Source: Ophelia neglecta (lineage: Eukaryota). From it: a stretch of 64,000 nt of DNA. How positions within the stretch are numbered: position 1 is the stretch's first letter; every line of letters starts with the position of its first letter. The notes beneath the pieces were generated by a model. It had not been told where the DNA came from, did not search any database, and was given only the letters and a program-made list of their open reading frames with translations. Both the position numbers and the translations under genes were made by a program. The stretch covers positions 80,600,001 to 80,664,000 of the forward strand of contig OZ260662.1 of NCBI GenBank assembly GCA_965285935.1, read 5' to 3'. This document shows positions 48,701 to 61,424 of this stretch, piece after piece.

Positions 48701-51700
48701 CTTCTAGATTTTCTCGATAAATGATTCCTATGTACCGCTAATATCTAATCTCACCGAGCTTAAATGTTATCTCCCCCTAACTGTGTTGTTGAAAATAGGG
48801 GGGATACTTATTTGGGTCTATTGCTGTCCGGTAGTGTTTTATTTTTTTTGTGATTTTTCCGATATTGCTGTTTATCAAATCAGCTCACCGCTAGTTTGAC
48901 CCTCCACGATCAATGTTTCCGAAAGGCAGCCGGGCGGAATACACGTCATCTAATTTTCATTTAAAAATCATGTATCTCTGCCACACAAATCACCATGGAT
49001 CCCTGATCTATGTGTCTTTTATGACTCCTGTTTTTAATGCTGCTGAATTAACTTTCGATTGTTTTTGGCCATTTTGAGATACAGTTCACATGTGTTTGAC
49101 CAATTTTTAGCTAATGTAAGGTTAAAACCCCATAAATAACCAGATCTAGTTCAGAAAATAATGGATTCGAACAATTTCAATATTTTCCATATGTTTTTGA
49201 TTATGTTTTTTTTCTGATAAGTGTTTTAATTTGGAAACTACAAAGGTGCCAAGATGTTATGCATTTGGTTTTCAGTTGTTCATAAATGTCAGTCAAAACC
49301 ACTATCCAGGAGTTGAACGATTAGGCTATAACTGCTCACGACAGCTGATACCATTTCCCCTCGACTGGGGTCGTGGAAAACTAACATTATTTTAGGGGCG
49401 TTTAACCGTTTATATGGCTTATAGAAATCATATCTGATAATCTTGTTATGCCTTTACAATGCCAACATCACAAGAAACTCCTTTGTTCGTACAGAATTTC
49501 TTCCAAAATGCATTAATTGAAGCTCATGCCACTAAAAGCGACTCCGATAGCATTTTCCAATATGACCTTCACCTATTTCTTTAAGGACAGCCCAATTTTG
49601 TGTTATTAAAGTGTTGTGAAAATTTGGTCGGTGGGTGGTGGTGGCGTAGGTTTGTGTTATCAGAACGTTACCAGATAATTTTCTGACAAACATAATGATC
49701 CAAGTTATGAATAGGATGGAACCATACAGTTCTCAACGCCTTGATGTTTAATGATCACTTCACTGGCCGGGCAAATGCATTTTAAGCACCATAAATCTTT
49801 TATCCACTCACTTAATATCTGATTCACTACTAATGGCCAACGATAAGTATCTGTATATTTGGCAAAACTTCGGCCTTTATCTATTACAACATTAGATTGA
49901 TTGTTATAAATGACTATGCCTTATCCGCAATACACCGCAATAAAATAAATAAACTCACTTCAGTACCCTCTAGATTTGTATATTAATTACTAACTTCCGT
50001 GCTTTAATCGTGATTCGTAACCTGTTGTATTTGTATTGCGTGTCCATACAACTCTGCTATTGTGTGTGCTTGCACTTAAGTAGGCAAACTACAAAATACC
50101 TTTGTTTTACATGATTAGCCATGATTAATTTTCCCCATTAACTCTGCTAAAAACGAATATTCACTCTAGACACTGGCGAATATTTTCTTGATGTGTTTTA
50201 GGGACGCACCGTTGGGGATGGGGGCGAAGATAACTTTGGAAAGAAAGCTTTTTAAAACACATTTAAAACTAATTACTAGTTTTAGCGCAAATTATCTTTT
50301 TTTCAGAAGTTGGGCAACATAAATTTTGTTTCCAAATTTGGCCGACTCAGAATTTGGCTACGAGAGTACGGGTACGAGGCCTAATGATTTTTCCAAGGGC
50401 TTCACTATAGCTGTCATGTAAATTTCAATTACCAAAACATAAGTTAATTCATTTCGTATCTCTAGCCTATAGTCTGTTTCGTATATCAAATGTAGTCGTT
50501 TTCATGTTAAACCCTCCGATGTGCATTGTTGGCACTATGAGAAATTCAACAACAAATAAACGTTTAATGTTAGGCCATCTCAAATTTATGTTATGACTAA
50601 AACCGATGGAAATTAGCGAAATCACCCACAAATAAGAATTTATGAACACGTGGGAGGTTTGACCTGGTAGAAGGAGGTATTAAAGTGACCTGATACTGCC
50701 ATTTGCTGCATTATAAGGGATTTATGGTTCCATTATACATATTGTTTTATGGCATAAAGGGCAAGGCCTTCGACCTTGTATGGGTTCAAAAAGTGTACAT
50801 AGTCACTATACATGTGCACGATAACCATACACAAGGCCACCAGAAAACAGAGAACAGAACTTAAATAACACTGGATAGAAGTGTTCAAACATAGGCAGAA
50901 AGTAAAGGGGAACTATACAGCAATACACGTTTGCAAGGCTTACAAACTAACGAGAATACAAGAACCTCAAAGTCACCAATAAGAGTAATCATACATCTAG
51001 ACTAAGATTTGCTGACTAGTATAATTTCAATGAGTTTAAAAGCATGACGCAACATATGGTCATTTGTGGTGGACATAAACTTAAGCATGAATTTAAGCAT
51101 ATAAATTTGGACTTATAAATTGTGTTTTTTCTAACTGATAGGCGATGGAGCAAAACTTATCGAATTATACTTATATAATTCATAAAAGTCTGTAAATAAT
51201 TAGTCATCAGTTGTGTGGCGATGGCGCTTTATTTATTTATTGTCTAATAGGCCTAGTTTATATCAATTTTCATTGATTGTACTCTTCAGAAAATGGGGCA
51301 GTAAAGATTATATATGAAACTTGAACCTTGAGCTGCAAGTCAGTCATAAGCAAGCGATGGATTGGTAGTATGATCGACTGTAGCCTATGAACAACTTAAT
51401 TATTAATAAATCAAATACTTGTGTTTTTCCCCATTTCTGTAGGCTAGATGTGTCTGTGCAAGGATATTCCCGAGCATTTTCCACTCAAATCAATAAAGGA
51501 TTTTTTTTTTATTTCCTTCAAAATATTTATAAAATGCATTCAAGAATATAATAGCGTCCTCGGGCTTTCTAGCTGAAACCCGTATATTTGACGGAATTAA
51601 CCGGAGATCTAATATGACCCCAAATGAAAAAACCGAGCAAAGTTATATTTATACTTTGTCTTGCATACATTATCTCAAATAGAGATCATATATTGATCGA

Positions 51701-51989
51701 CTTTTTAATCAGTGTTGGCTCGTCCCCAAGTCCGCAACAGGGAAATATAGGCGCAGGACGTGTAACTTTTCAATGTAGCCAGTTTCGCTGTCTGGATAAA
51801 ATAATGCTGCAACGGACCTGTGGCTTTTTAAAATTGCCAGTCCCGTTGGTTTTTTTGCGGTATATTTTTTGTAATAAAACATAAAACACGGAGCAGTCTG
51901 AACGTGCCCCCGTCTGATCCTGTTTATACATGCCTCTGATTATACAAGTGTACAGACTGCGCTGAACCACGTTTTGTGGTATCCGCCCA

Positions 51990-51998
51990 TCTCTCTCA

Positions 51999-52044
<46 letters not shown>

Positions 52045-52125
52045 GGTCTGTCTGTCTGTCTGTCTGTCTGTCTCCCAGTCTCTCTGACTCTCTCTATCTC
52101 TGACTCTCTCTCTCTCTCTCTGTCT
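51990..52125. repeat. (TCTG)n/(TC)n compound microsatellite
   Basis: Directly visible. Confidence 0.9.
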
Positions 52126-52308
52126 CCCTTCATTTTTAACGTTTCTGTCGAATAATTATATTCTAACCAAATGACCTCTCTGAGAGAGCCAACATAGTTT
52201 ATTAATAATGTGAAACAGTGCCTATATGTTTTCATAATGTGCGAAGATAAAATTTATATTGTTTGTTTAGAAGTTGTTTATTTTGGTTTGATTCTATTCG
52301 TGACGTAC

Positions 52309-53570
52309 TTGGTTAGCTATTTTCAGATAGGTAGCTACCGCTAGCCACTCTCGGGCGTGGATCTTAGAGTCTATCCAGTAGGCAGGGCGGTTTGGCGTGT
52401 CAATTTTAATCTGTGATAGGCAATCATAAAACCTAGTTAGCAAGTTTCCGTGTCGACGCCCACCATGTGCAATGTAGGGCATGAAAATGTAAAAATTGGT
52501 GTATCCAATGAAAGTAATTCTTTTCCTATTTGGTCATAGCCGTTGTATTTTCTGATCTCTTCCGTCGTAGGATTGTCCGTTAACGTACGTCTGGCATTTA
52601 ATTCCCATATCACCTCGACATTTAGATGCTTAGACGTCCATCCCGTCGATAATCTAGTATAAAATAACGATGTCTAGATAATAAATGGGTACGTTTGCGT
52701 TCATTTTGGTGTGTACAAATATCTAAAGGTTATTTTAAAAAATACACGGGAATAAATTTCAAGAGACTTCTAAAATGCCTATCTCGTCATATGTATGAAA
52801 GTTATCATTATCAAATGAAGTCGATCAATTCCTCCCCTCTCTCAATAGGGTCAGTCGGGGATGATGTAATAATTCTAGTTCAGCCTGCTAGCAAGGAGGT
52901 GACAGCACTGCATACCAATAGTCTGCACTTGAATGTGGGGCTATAGACTACAGATTTGCAGCGGTTCCATGTTCATTGCGAAACCTGTAGCTATCACACA
53001 AATGTGAAATTTACCTCAATGGAAAACCCTCTCAAATGTTAATCATCCCTGAAAGTGTTGTTTTGATTACTTCAACAAGCACTAAGTAAGGGCTTTTAAA
53101 ACATCATTCCCATGTTAAATTCCCATAAGAACAGCTGAAAGTAGCCCCACTTATCCCAGCCTTACCACTGCCTTTTAATTGCAATCAGCTTTGGAGGTGA
53201 GAAAAGTGGTTGTTGGTCAGCAGTATGAAACATATCCGAATGGCGCTATTTTAAAAGTGTCATCTCAAGTTCTCATCGGACAACAACCTGCCGCACGTGC
53301 CAGTTGAAAATTTAACTGAAATGGTTAATTTTATTATGATTAAGTTCTACAAATAAAAAAGTAATATTACTATTAATATTTCTATTAATTAATGAAGAAT
53401 GACAATTGTGTGTCTGCAGAAATATTCGTAGTTACCTTTACACATCGTCGATAACAAATTTGTGTTCCATGCCGTCTTCATTTATATATTTACCATGCTT
53501 TGTATTTGTGGCGAGGGACCATGATAAGCGCCTCATCATTTATCCTGAGAGAACTCACCCAAAAGTGTAG
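52309..53570 (-). pseudogene. CP6: partial M14A pseudogene (exons 3-6), a CP5-type duplicate
   Basis: Exon 3 (~53570-53436) has frameshifts and stops. The exon 4 remnant (~52784-52830) has its donor mutated to AT. Exon 5 (52653-52540) has an in-frame TAA and a lost donor. Exon 6 (52410-52309) still reads IHAREWLAVA. Confidence 0.85.
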
Positions 53571-54700
53571 CTTAATTTTTTTTTAACTTTACCTTTCTAA
53601 ACATTCGTTATATGCAGAAATGTGTCGTAAATACAATAACAGAAGTGGTCACCAAAAGTGAGCCGCCCCTTGTTACACATTAAAACTTTACAATTGCGCT
53701 TGAGACTTTCTACATGCATGTTATATGCTTGCTTATAAAAAAGTATTTTACAACCTAACTCTTTACAAAGGATCCCAGGACTTGAATGACAACATAATAG
53801 TCTTGGGAAATGTGGTCACTTTCCAAAGTTGACCATAATTATTACTACAGAAAGTTGCATGATACTTATCTGTATAAACATTTTTATGTGTCGCTTGCTA
53901 AGAAACAGTTGTCTATTAGCAATAAACTTCCCACAGTCAAACAGTTAATAAAATTATCACCTAATTCGTTACATACGTTACATTTTCTTTCTTCCAGTAC
54001 CATCTTGTCTTCCTTTTTCATTAGCTAGATAATGATAACTAAGCCTAAATTTTGACATCCAGATTCTAAGAGAGGGTGGGAGTATCAGTAAATAATGTTC
54101 AAGAGACAGATCTTTCTAGTTCTATTATTTCACTTTGAGTAATAATCTAGGTGTAGTCTCCCGATTAAACCATGTTCGACTAGATAACCGGACAATCTCT
54201 TATCATATATTACAGACGTGAACAACTTTCGCAAAGAGAAAAAAATGGTGATTATCCGGAACTTCATTAACTCCCTTTTAAAATATATATCGAGAAATGA
54301 CGCCGAAAATATATATGCAAGGTACTAATTATGACTCTCACGAACGTTGTGATTTACTTTTGCCTAATGATGGTGAGATAGTGTCAAGATTGTTATTAAT
54401 GGTCAATATTCACCTCATGTCGCAGGTGGGAGCAAAGAAATTCTGGATATCGACCCCGTGGAAATAACTTTTGTGATCGTGATGGGAACTGGCGGGACGA
54501 TACTGCTGACTACGGGGAAAATACGGCATATCACAGTTGGGGTAATAGTGAAGGTTACGATCACAGCGAGAACCCTTACTTCTCCAATTGAAGATGCTTC
54601 GTTTATATGCAAAGTTTAAAACGTCTCTGAAAATGTATTGTAACGTTATAATATATGTTTGCGCTGTGTCATGTAAAGGTGGCAGTTTAGTATTTGTAAC

Positions 54701-57700
54701 ATGGACAGTATGTTCAAGGTAGCTACGTTAAACGCAAGGGGATTGGGTGATATTAAAAAAAGGAGGGACATATTTGAGTATTTGAGAAAGCAAAATTGTA
54801 ATTTATATTGTATTCAAGATTTTCACTGTACCACAAAACTTGAAAACCAGTACGAGAAAGAGTGGGGTTATAAGTGTATTTTTAGCTCAGTCTCCTCATG
54901 TAGTAGAGGTGTTGCATTGCTCTTTAAGTACAATTTTGAATTCCAAATTCATTGCACAAAAATAGACAAAGAAGGGAATTATGTTGCGTTAGACATCACT
55001 ATTGAAGGCACTAGGTTAACGTTAATCACATTGTATGGGCCAAATAGAGACACTCCAGGGTTTTATTTAAATATATCCAATATTGTTAATGAATTAGAAA
55101 ATGCTACTGTTATCATATGCGGAGACTGGAACTTAGTGAGAGATCAATCAAAAGACACTAAGTATTACAGAAACGAAAATAATTTAAAGTCCAGAGAGGT
55201 TGTCGAAAATATGTGCGAATTGTTTAACTTATATGATCCCTGGCGATCATTGTACCCTGATACCAGAAGGTATACATGGCGTCAAAAACGCCCGATAAAA
55301 TTTGCAAGGCTGGACTTCTTTTTAGTAACTGAAGATTTGCTTAATCTAACCGATAGGGTGGATATTCTCCCCTCCTATCGATCCGATCACTCCATGGTCG
55401 TTGCTGACTTTGAATTAAAGACACAAAGCAGGGGTAGGGGATTTTGGAAACTGAATACATCTCTATTGAAAGACCCGGTATACATAGAAAAAGTAAAGGG
55501 AATTATTAGGGACACTATTAGCAAATATGCAGCCCCAGGGGAAGACCTTTCTAAAAAGAATATTAAGTTAAATATATCCGACCAACTCTTCTTCGAAATG
55601 GTTAAATTAGATGTAAGAGGTTTTTCTATTTCGTATGCGGTGGCTAAGAAAAAGGAGAGAGAGCGTAAAGAAAAGCAGCTGGAAGAGAAAATACTTACCC
55701 TAGAGGCCAAATTAACCTCTGCGACCATTTCACAGTCAAATAAGGAAATCAACTCCACTATAGAGTCAATTGATATTGTAAAGTCAGAATTGGAAAATAT
55801 GAGACAGGAAAGAGTAAGAGGCATATTACTACGGGCGAAATCTCGATGGCATGAAGAAGGGGAGAAAGCGACAAAATATTTCTGCAGCCTGGAAAAGCGG
55901 AACTACACCGCCAAACTTATATCTAAATAAATGACAACGGTAGTGAAATTACTGATCCGAAATCAGTTTTAGGAAAGGTTGAAGAATTCTACAAATCATT
56001 GTACTCCTCCAAGTGTTCCAATTTAAAACATTTAGATTATTTTTTAAACAACTTTAATGTGAAGAAAATTAATGATGCACAGAAACAAATGTGCGAAAGC
56101 CCATTTCAGGAATCTGAGCTTAAAGAAGCAATAAAGAACATGGCTAACGGTAAAACCCCGGGCTCTGATGGATTTCCCGTTGAGTTTTACAAGATGTTTT
56201 GGAATGAAATAGGTTACTTTTTATTGAGATCTATTAATAATGCTTTCCTTACCAAAGAATTATCTCCCATTCAAAAACAAGGGGTCATAACTTGTTTACC
56301 GAAAGAGGATAAGCCTAGGCAGTATTTGAAAAACTGGCGTCCCATAACATTACTGAACGTTGATTATAAAATTATATCCTCCGTTTTAGCTAATAGAATG
56401 AAGATTCCATTACAAGACATCATAGGAGAAAACCAAAAAGGCTTCCTCCAGGAAAGATTTATAGGCGAAAACACTAGATTAGTATATGATATTATAGATA
56501 TCTTACAAAGTAGACACCAAACAGCTCTACTCCTACTCGTTGACTTTGAAAAGGCGTTTGATTCAATCGAGTGGAGCTTTATTGAAAAGGTATTGGTCGC
56601 TTATAACTTCGGAGAAAATTTCTTAGCCAGGTTTAATTTACTTTACAGAAATTCAGTTAGCTGCGTGATTAACAATGGGTTTCCATCACAGTTCTTCAGT
56701 CTTGGCAGGGGATGTCGTCAAGGTGACCCCATATCACCGTACTTGTTTATATTAGCTATAGAGCCGCTAGCTCAAGCTCTTAAAAATGACAAACAGGTGG
56801 TTGGCATTAGATTAGAGGGTTATGAATTTCTCTTAGGTCAGTACGCGGATGACACCTTCCTGCTCTTGGACGGGTCACCTCAGTCTCTTAGGGCGGCAAT
56901 GAATAATTTTATAAAGTTTGAGAGCACGTCTGGGCTCCGAATTAATATTGATAAGACTCAGGCGGTATGGGTAGGGCACAACTCGCACCTACAAAATAAA
57001 ATGTGCGATGAAATCACGATCAAGTGGGTCGACTGTTTTAAGTTATTGGGAATAAAATTCACTCAAAACTTAGATAATATGATTGAAATTAACCTAAGAG
57101 ATAAAATTACGGAGACAAAAGCTCTTTTAAGGGCGTACTCGGGACGGACATTGAGCCTGTTAGGAAAAGTGACTGTGATAAAAACTTTGGCCATACCAAA
57201 ACTGGTTCATGTCTTGTCCGTTCTGCCTCGTCCGTCAAAGTGTATTATTGATGAACTAAAAAAGTTGTATAATGAATTTCTATGGAATGGGGGGAGGTCA
57301 AAAATTAAACGGTCAGTTTTGTCTAAGTCATATGACAAAGGCGGTTTAAAATACACTGATTTAGATGTATTTATTGATTCCTTGAAAATGTCTTGGGTGT
57401 ATAGACATGTTAAATCAGCAAACTCTGAAGGTGGTTGGCAACAGCTACTCAATGTAATTATTCCTCAGATGGATATGGGAAGCATATGGGATCTAGATGC
57501 CCCATCTTTAACTAATTTGTCAATGTATTTAAAGAATCCATTCTGGAGGCAAGTGTTAACTGGCTGGAGTAAATTTGTAAATTTGTCAACAGAAGGGACT
57601 ATAATAATACTATAATGAATATGCCAATTTGGTCATCATGTTATATTAAAAACGAAAATCTGCAAGTACTGAAAAGAAAATTGTACTCTAATGGGTGTAA

Positions 57701-58775
57701 AATGTTTAGAGACTTGTTTGATGTAACGTCAGGTACTATTTTGTCTTACAATGAGTTTAGAGTTAAATTTGATGTTGACATTAACTTCTTAGACTATGCA
57801 AGCTTAGTCGATAGTATACCACAGACTTGGAGACATCAGGATATAAATGTAAACAATAACAATTCTCCTGCTTTGTCCAAGATATTGACGTGTAAAAAGG
57901 TGTCTTGTTTTGTGTATTGGGAATTTATTAACAGCGATACCACATCTGCAAAATGTAAGCAAAAATGGTCTGAGATTGTTAATTGTGAATTCGTAGGAAA
58001 AGACTGGGAAATGTTCTTCTTACTGCCTTTTCGTATATCTGTTGAAAGTAAACTAAGAGCTTTTCAATTTAAAATTTTGCATAGGGTTCTTCCGACAAAT
58101 AGTTGGTTATACAAATGTAAAATTAAGGACTCGCCAAAATGTGATTTTTGTGGTACAGGGGTGGAGACCCTCGAACACCTTTTTTGTAACTGCCGTATAG
58201 TTCAGTCCTTATGGGAAGGCTTAAGTAACTGGTTGTGCCCTGTGGTAAGCCGTCTCCCAATTGGAAATGTTAAATCTATTCTGTTAGGCTACGTAGATGA
58301 TGATCCACATCTTGAGTTAATAAATATACTACTGACGGTGTCCAAAAGATATATTTATGTGAGGAAGTGTAATTCTAAATCGGTTAAGCTGCTTGATCTG
58401 TTATATTTCATTAAACAGTATTACTATATAGAAAAGCATATTGGCAAGAATAACTGTGTATTTTCGAAAAGACTAGAAAAATGGACACCAATCATAACAA
58501 AGTTGGAAGATTTGTAAAATTTAGTCTTGTCATTCATGTACCCTGAAGGACATATTTATAGGCCTATATTTGTTTTATTCAGATATATCATATATCATAA
58601 ATCATATCTCATATATATTATAACCTGTAAACCTGTCCAAATTATACACTTTTATTTCATTTGTATATAATTTGTTGGCTGCTAATGTGATTAGATCTTA
58701 CATTGCGATTGTGTACGTACTATTATTGGACAAATAAAATAAAAGTTTAAAAAAAAACCAAAAACAAAAAAAAAA
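54701..58775 (+). mobile_element. L1/Tx1-clade LINE: ORF2 with two -1 frameshifts (~55925, ~57600), 3' UTR and poly(A); probable ORF1 tail at ~54410-54592
   Basis: TLNARGL, LYGPN, GDWN, RLDFFL, SDHS, KTPGSDG, NWRPITLLN, DFEKAFD, GCRQGDPISP, QYADD and CDFC...H...C; A-rich tail at 58733-58775. Confidence 0.93.
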
Positions 58776-59069
58776 CATTATTCTTAAATGGGTTTTTAAT
58801 ATGGTTATTTAGCTGTATCTGATAACATGATATTAATAACTATAATGAAACTAAATCAATTAAGGAGGTATGACTCATCGGAGGGGGTCATGACGGTTAA
58901 AATTATTAATTGGACTTTGACTGCTGAGGTTGGCTCGCTTCCAACCCCTAATATTTGTATTTAGAAATAAGTTACCTCTCATTCCATTTATGGTGTACAT
59001 TAAAGTTACCTATCGGATAAGCGTGAATAAAATATGTCTATGTCTATGTTTATGTGTTTGTCTATTTGA

Positions 59070-60160
59070 AATGCCGCCGACTCCAATGTTTTGTTAATGT
59101 TAGAGACTTGGATGACTTGATCAACATTATGAATTTGGAACTTGGTAGATTACTTGAATGACCCAAGAGTTCATTTAAGGTCATTAAATCTCAGTACGTT
59201 ATATTTTGTAATGATATCAAATGCATTATTACTTCTAGAAATTTGTGTACCAATGGCGAAAGTTTAGAAAAGTACATTTCACTAAATTCATTGGTGTCAT
59301 TATATATTCGAAGTTTAAACTTATTAACGCTAAAAGTGTCGAAAGGTACAGTCATCTTGAATAATTGTCGGAGGACTCTTCCATCGATCTCCACATTATA
59401 TTACTCTGGTTAACCCATATCTTAACTATTGTATCCAGGCATGGGTCTCTGTCTCTGTATTAGTTTCACTATTACAAAATACCTCCAGAAAAGAGCAGTG
59501 CGACTCGTTTCATCTGCAGTGTATCATACTCACCCAGCTGGCCTATATGACCAACTTAACAACTCCCTTTAGCAAAGATGTATATATTATTGTCACCGTT
59601 CTAAGTCTAAATTGTATAAGGGTATTTTGCCTCCGATTTTTTATGATATGTCTATCTTAACTCAAGTTGTCCACGCATATCATACCAGACACAAAGCCAA
59701 ACTTCATGTTCATTTTAGTAAATGTCTGTTTTGACAAAAAAGTTAAATCTAGGAGGGTATTGATCTGGACTTTTGTGTTTGGTATTGTGAATTGCGACTT
59801 TTCTATTATTACCCTTAAAAGATCACTCAAAACTGTCTCTATTGCTCAGATCGATATTCCAAAATCTGTTGCGATTTACCTCTTTATTTTTATGGTATTG
59901 CTTTGACCTCGCTTCAATCCATACTGTCTAATATTTGTTTATTTAATTGCCTGACACTTTGCAACTTGCATTAATCTAATGTATCACTTTAAAGCTATGT
60001 ATCATGAGGGTACATACTCCACTAGGGGCCTAATTCTCGTTGACGCTAGGTTGTAGGTTATTGTTAAATGATTTATGTATTGTTATATTTGTATAATATT
60101 TTTAATGTCGGTATACCTACTTATTGCTTGATCTGCATATATTTATTTCTTTGGTTAATA
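59070..60160 (+). mobile_element. Old degraded CR1/L2-group LINE 3' remnant
   Basis: Broken frames contain NPYLNYCIQAW and LQKRAVRLV, matching VPHLNYCILAW/LQKKAVRII of the 4228-6555 ORF. Boundaries are approximate. Confidence 0.6.
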
Positions 60161-61424
60161 AACAACATGAATTATCCCTCGTCCCTGGTACGAACCTGAA
60201 CTCAGGATCGCCTGCATCTGGCTGGTTATGTCTGTAAATTTCATGTCCATGTTGTTCTGTTTATACTTTCACGGTTCCTTCATTATTCATGTCTGCGATT
60301 TCAGAGGTTTTAAATAATTAAACTGATTAGATTGCTTCTATATAATGTTTGGCTTGTTGATTTTGGTTGTTAATGGATTGTTTCATTTGTTTACCTTTTT
60401 GTCTGTATTGTTTATATTTCGTTTTAAGGCTTTCACATAACCAAATAGGTATAATAATTGTAATAATAGCCTCTCAAGTTATTCCGTAATGAAATTGATA
60501 ACCCATGGGAATACAGCATGTCTTGCATAGCGTGTATACTTTTTTATAGCTACATGCGTAATCTGCCGTGCAAAGGCAGAATGCAGTAACGCTACAAAGT
60601 TACGATTTTTTTATTTTTACAACTTTGTAATCTATAAGTGGGGAAATCTGTTACCAAAATAATTTTGGACATTGGACACAAGGAAAGGCATTTTCCATGT
60701 GTGGTTAACGACAGTAACTGGTTAAAATCCGTGTGATGCAAACGCAGAAGGTAGTAAGCGAGTTACTGCTGTTTGCCGTTGAAAGTATGCTGCCGTACAA
60801 AGGCAAAGGACAGTGTCATACATGTATTAATAAGTACATTGGGAAAAGACAGTATTATATGATTAGAGCAACTGATGAAAAGGCAAAAGACAATATCATA
60901 TGATTATTACAAAGGCATATGATTAACGCGAGGGCAGACGGTATTATCATAACCAATGCAAAGACAATGGGCAGTGTCGATTAAAAAGTCAATTTTAGAC
61001 TAAAATAAATCAATTGAAATTGTGGTATTGTATCAGTAGGTTGCACTTTTTGGATTATTTTTATAGCAGAGGTGTACGCTCTTCATTTTGCTGGTCGGTG
61101 GGATTACATTTAGACTCGTTTTTTTTCAAAAGTTAGCCATCGCGCCACAGCGGGAGCTTTTGCCCTTGGCCTTTGCTCGGCAATTATCAATAAACAATTG
61201 AATACACGAATTTAATGTACATAACTCCTAACATGCTATATAAAAAGATAAAGTGATTACATTCTGAAGTATCTAATTTCCCTACTTTCGTATCAGATTA
61301 AACTAAATCCTTTATAAACGTAATACTAAATACATACCAAAATAATCAATAATCAATAATAATAATAATAATAATAACAATCAGCAAGACAATAAACAAG
61401 ATAATTGCAATCATATTTATTAAA

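Noticed and set aside
50400-50800. Possible ancient APE remnant on the minus strand (HIGGFN-like)
   Set aside because: Too degenerate to support without an HMM search.
48800-52000. Short ORFs in the spacer regions (also 34700-36100, 40900-43500)
   Set aside because: No recognisable motifs or consistent splice structure.
57610-57620. TAATG stop-start overlap in the Tx1 LINE
   Set aside because: It lies mid-ORF2 and the downstream frame is open upstream of the ATG; a by-product of a frameshift.
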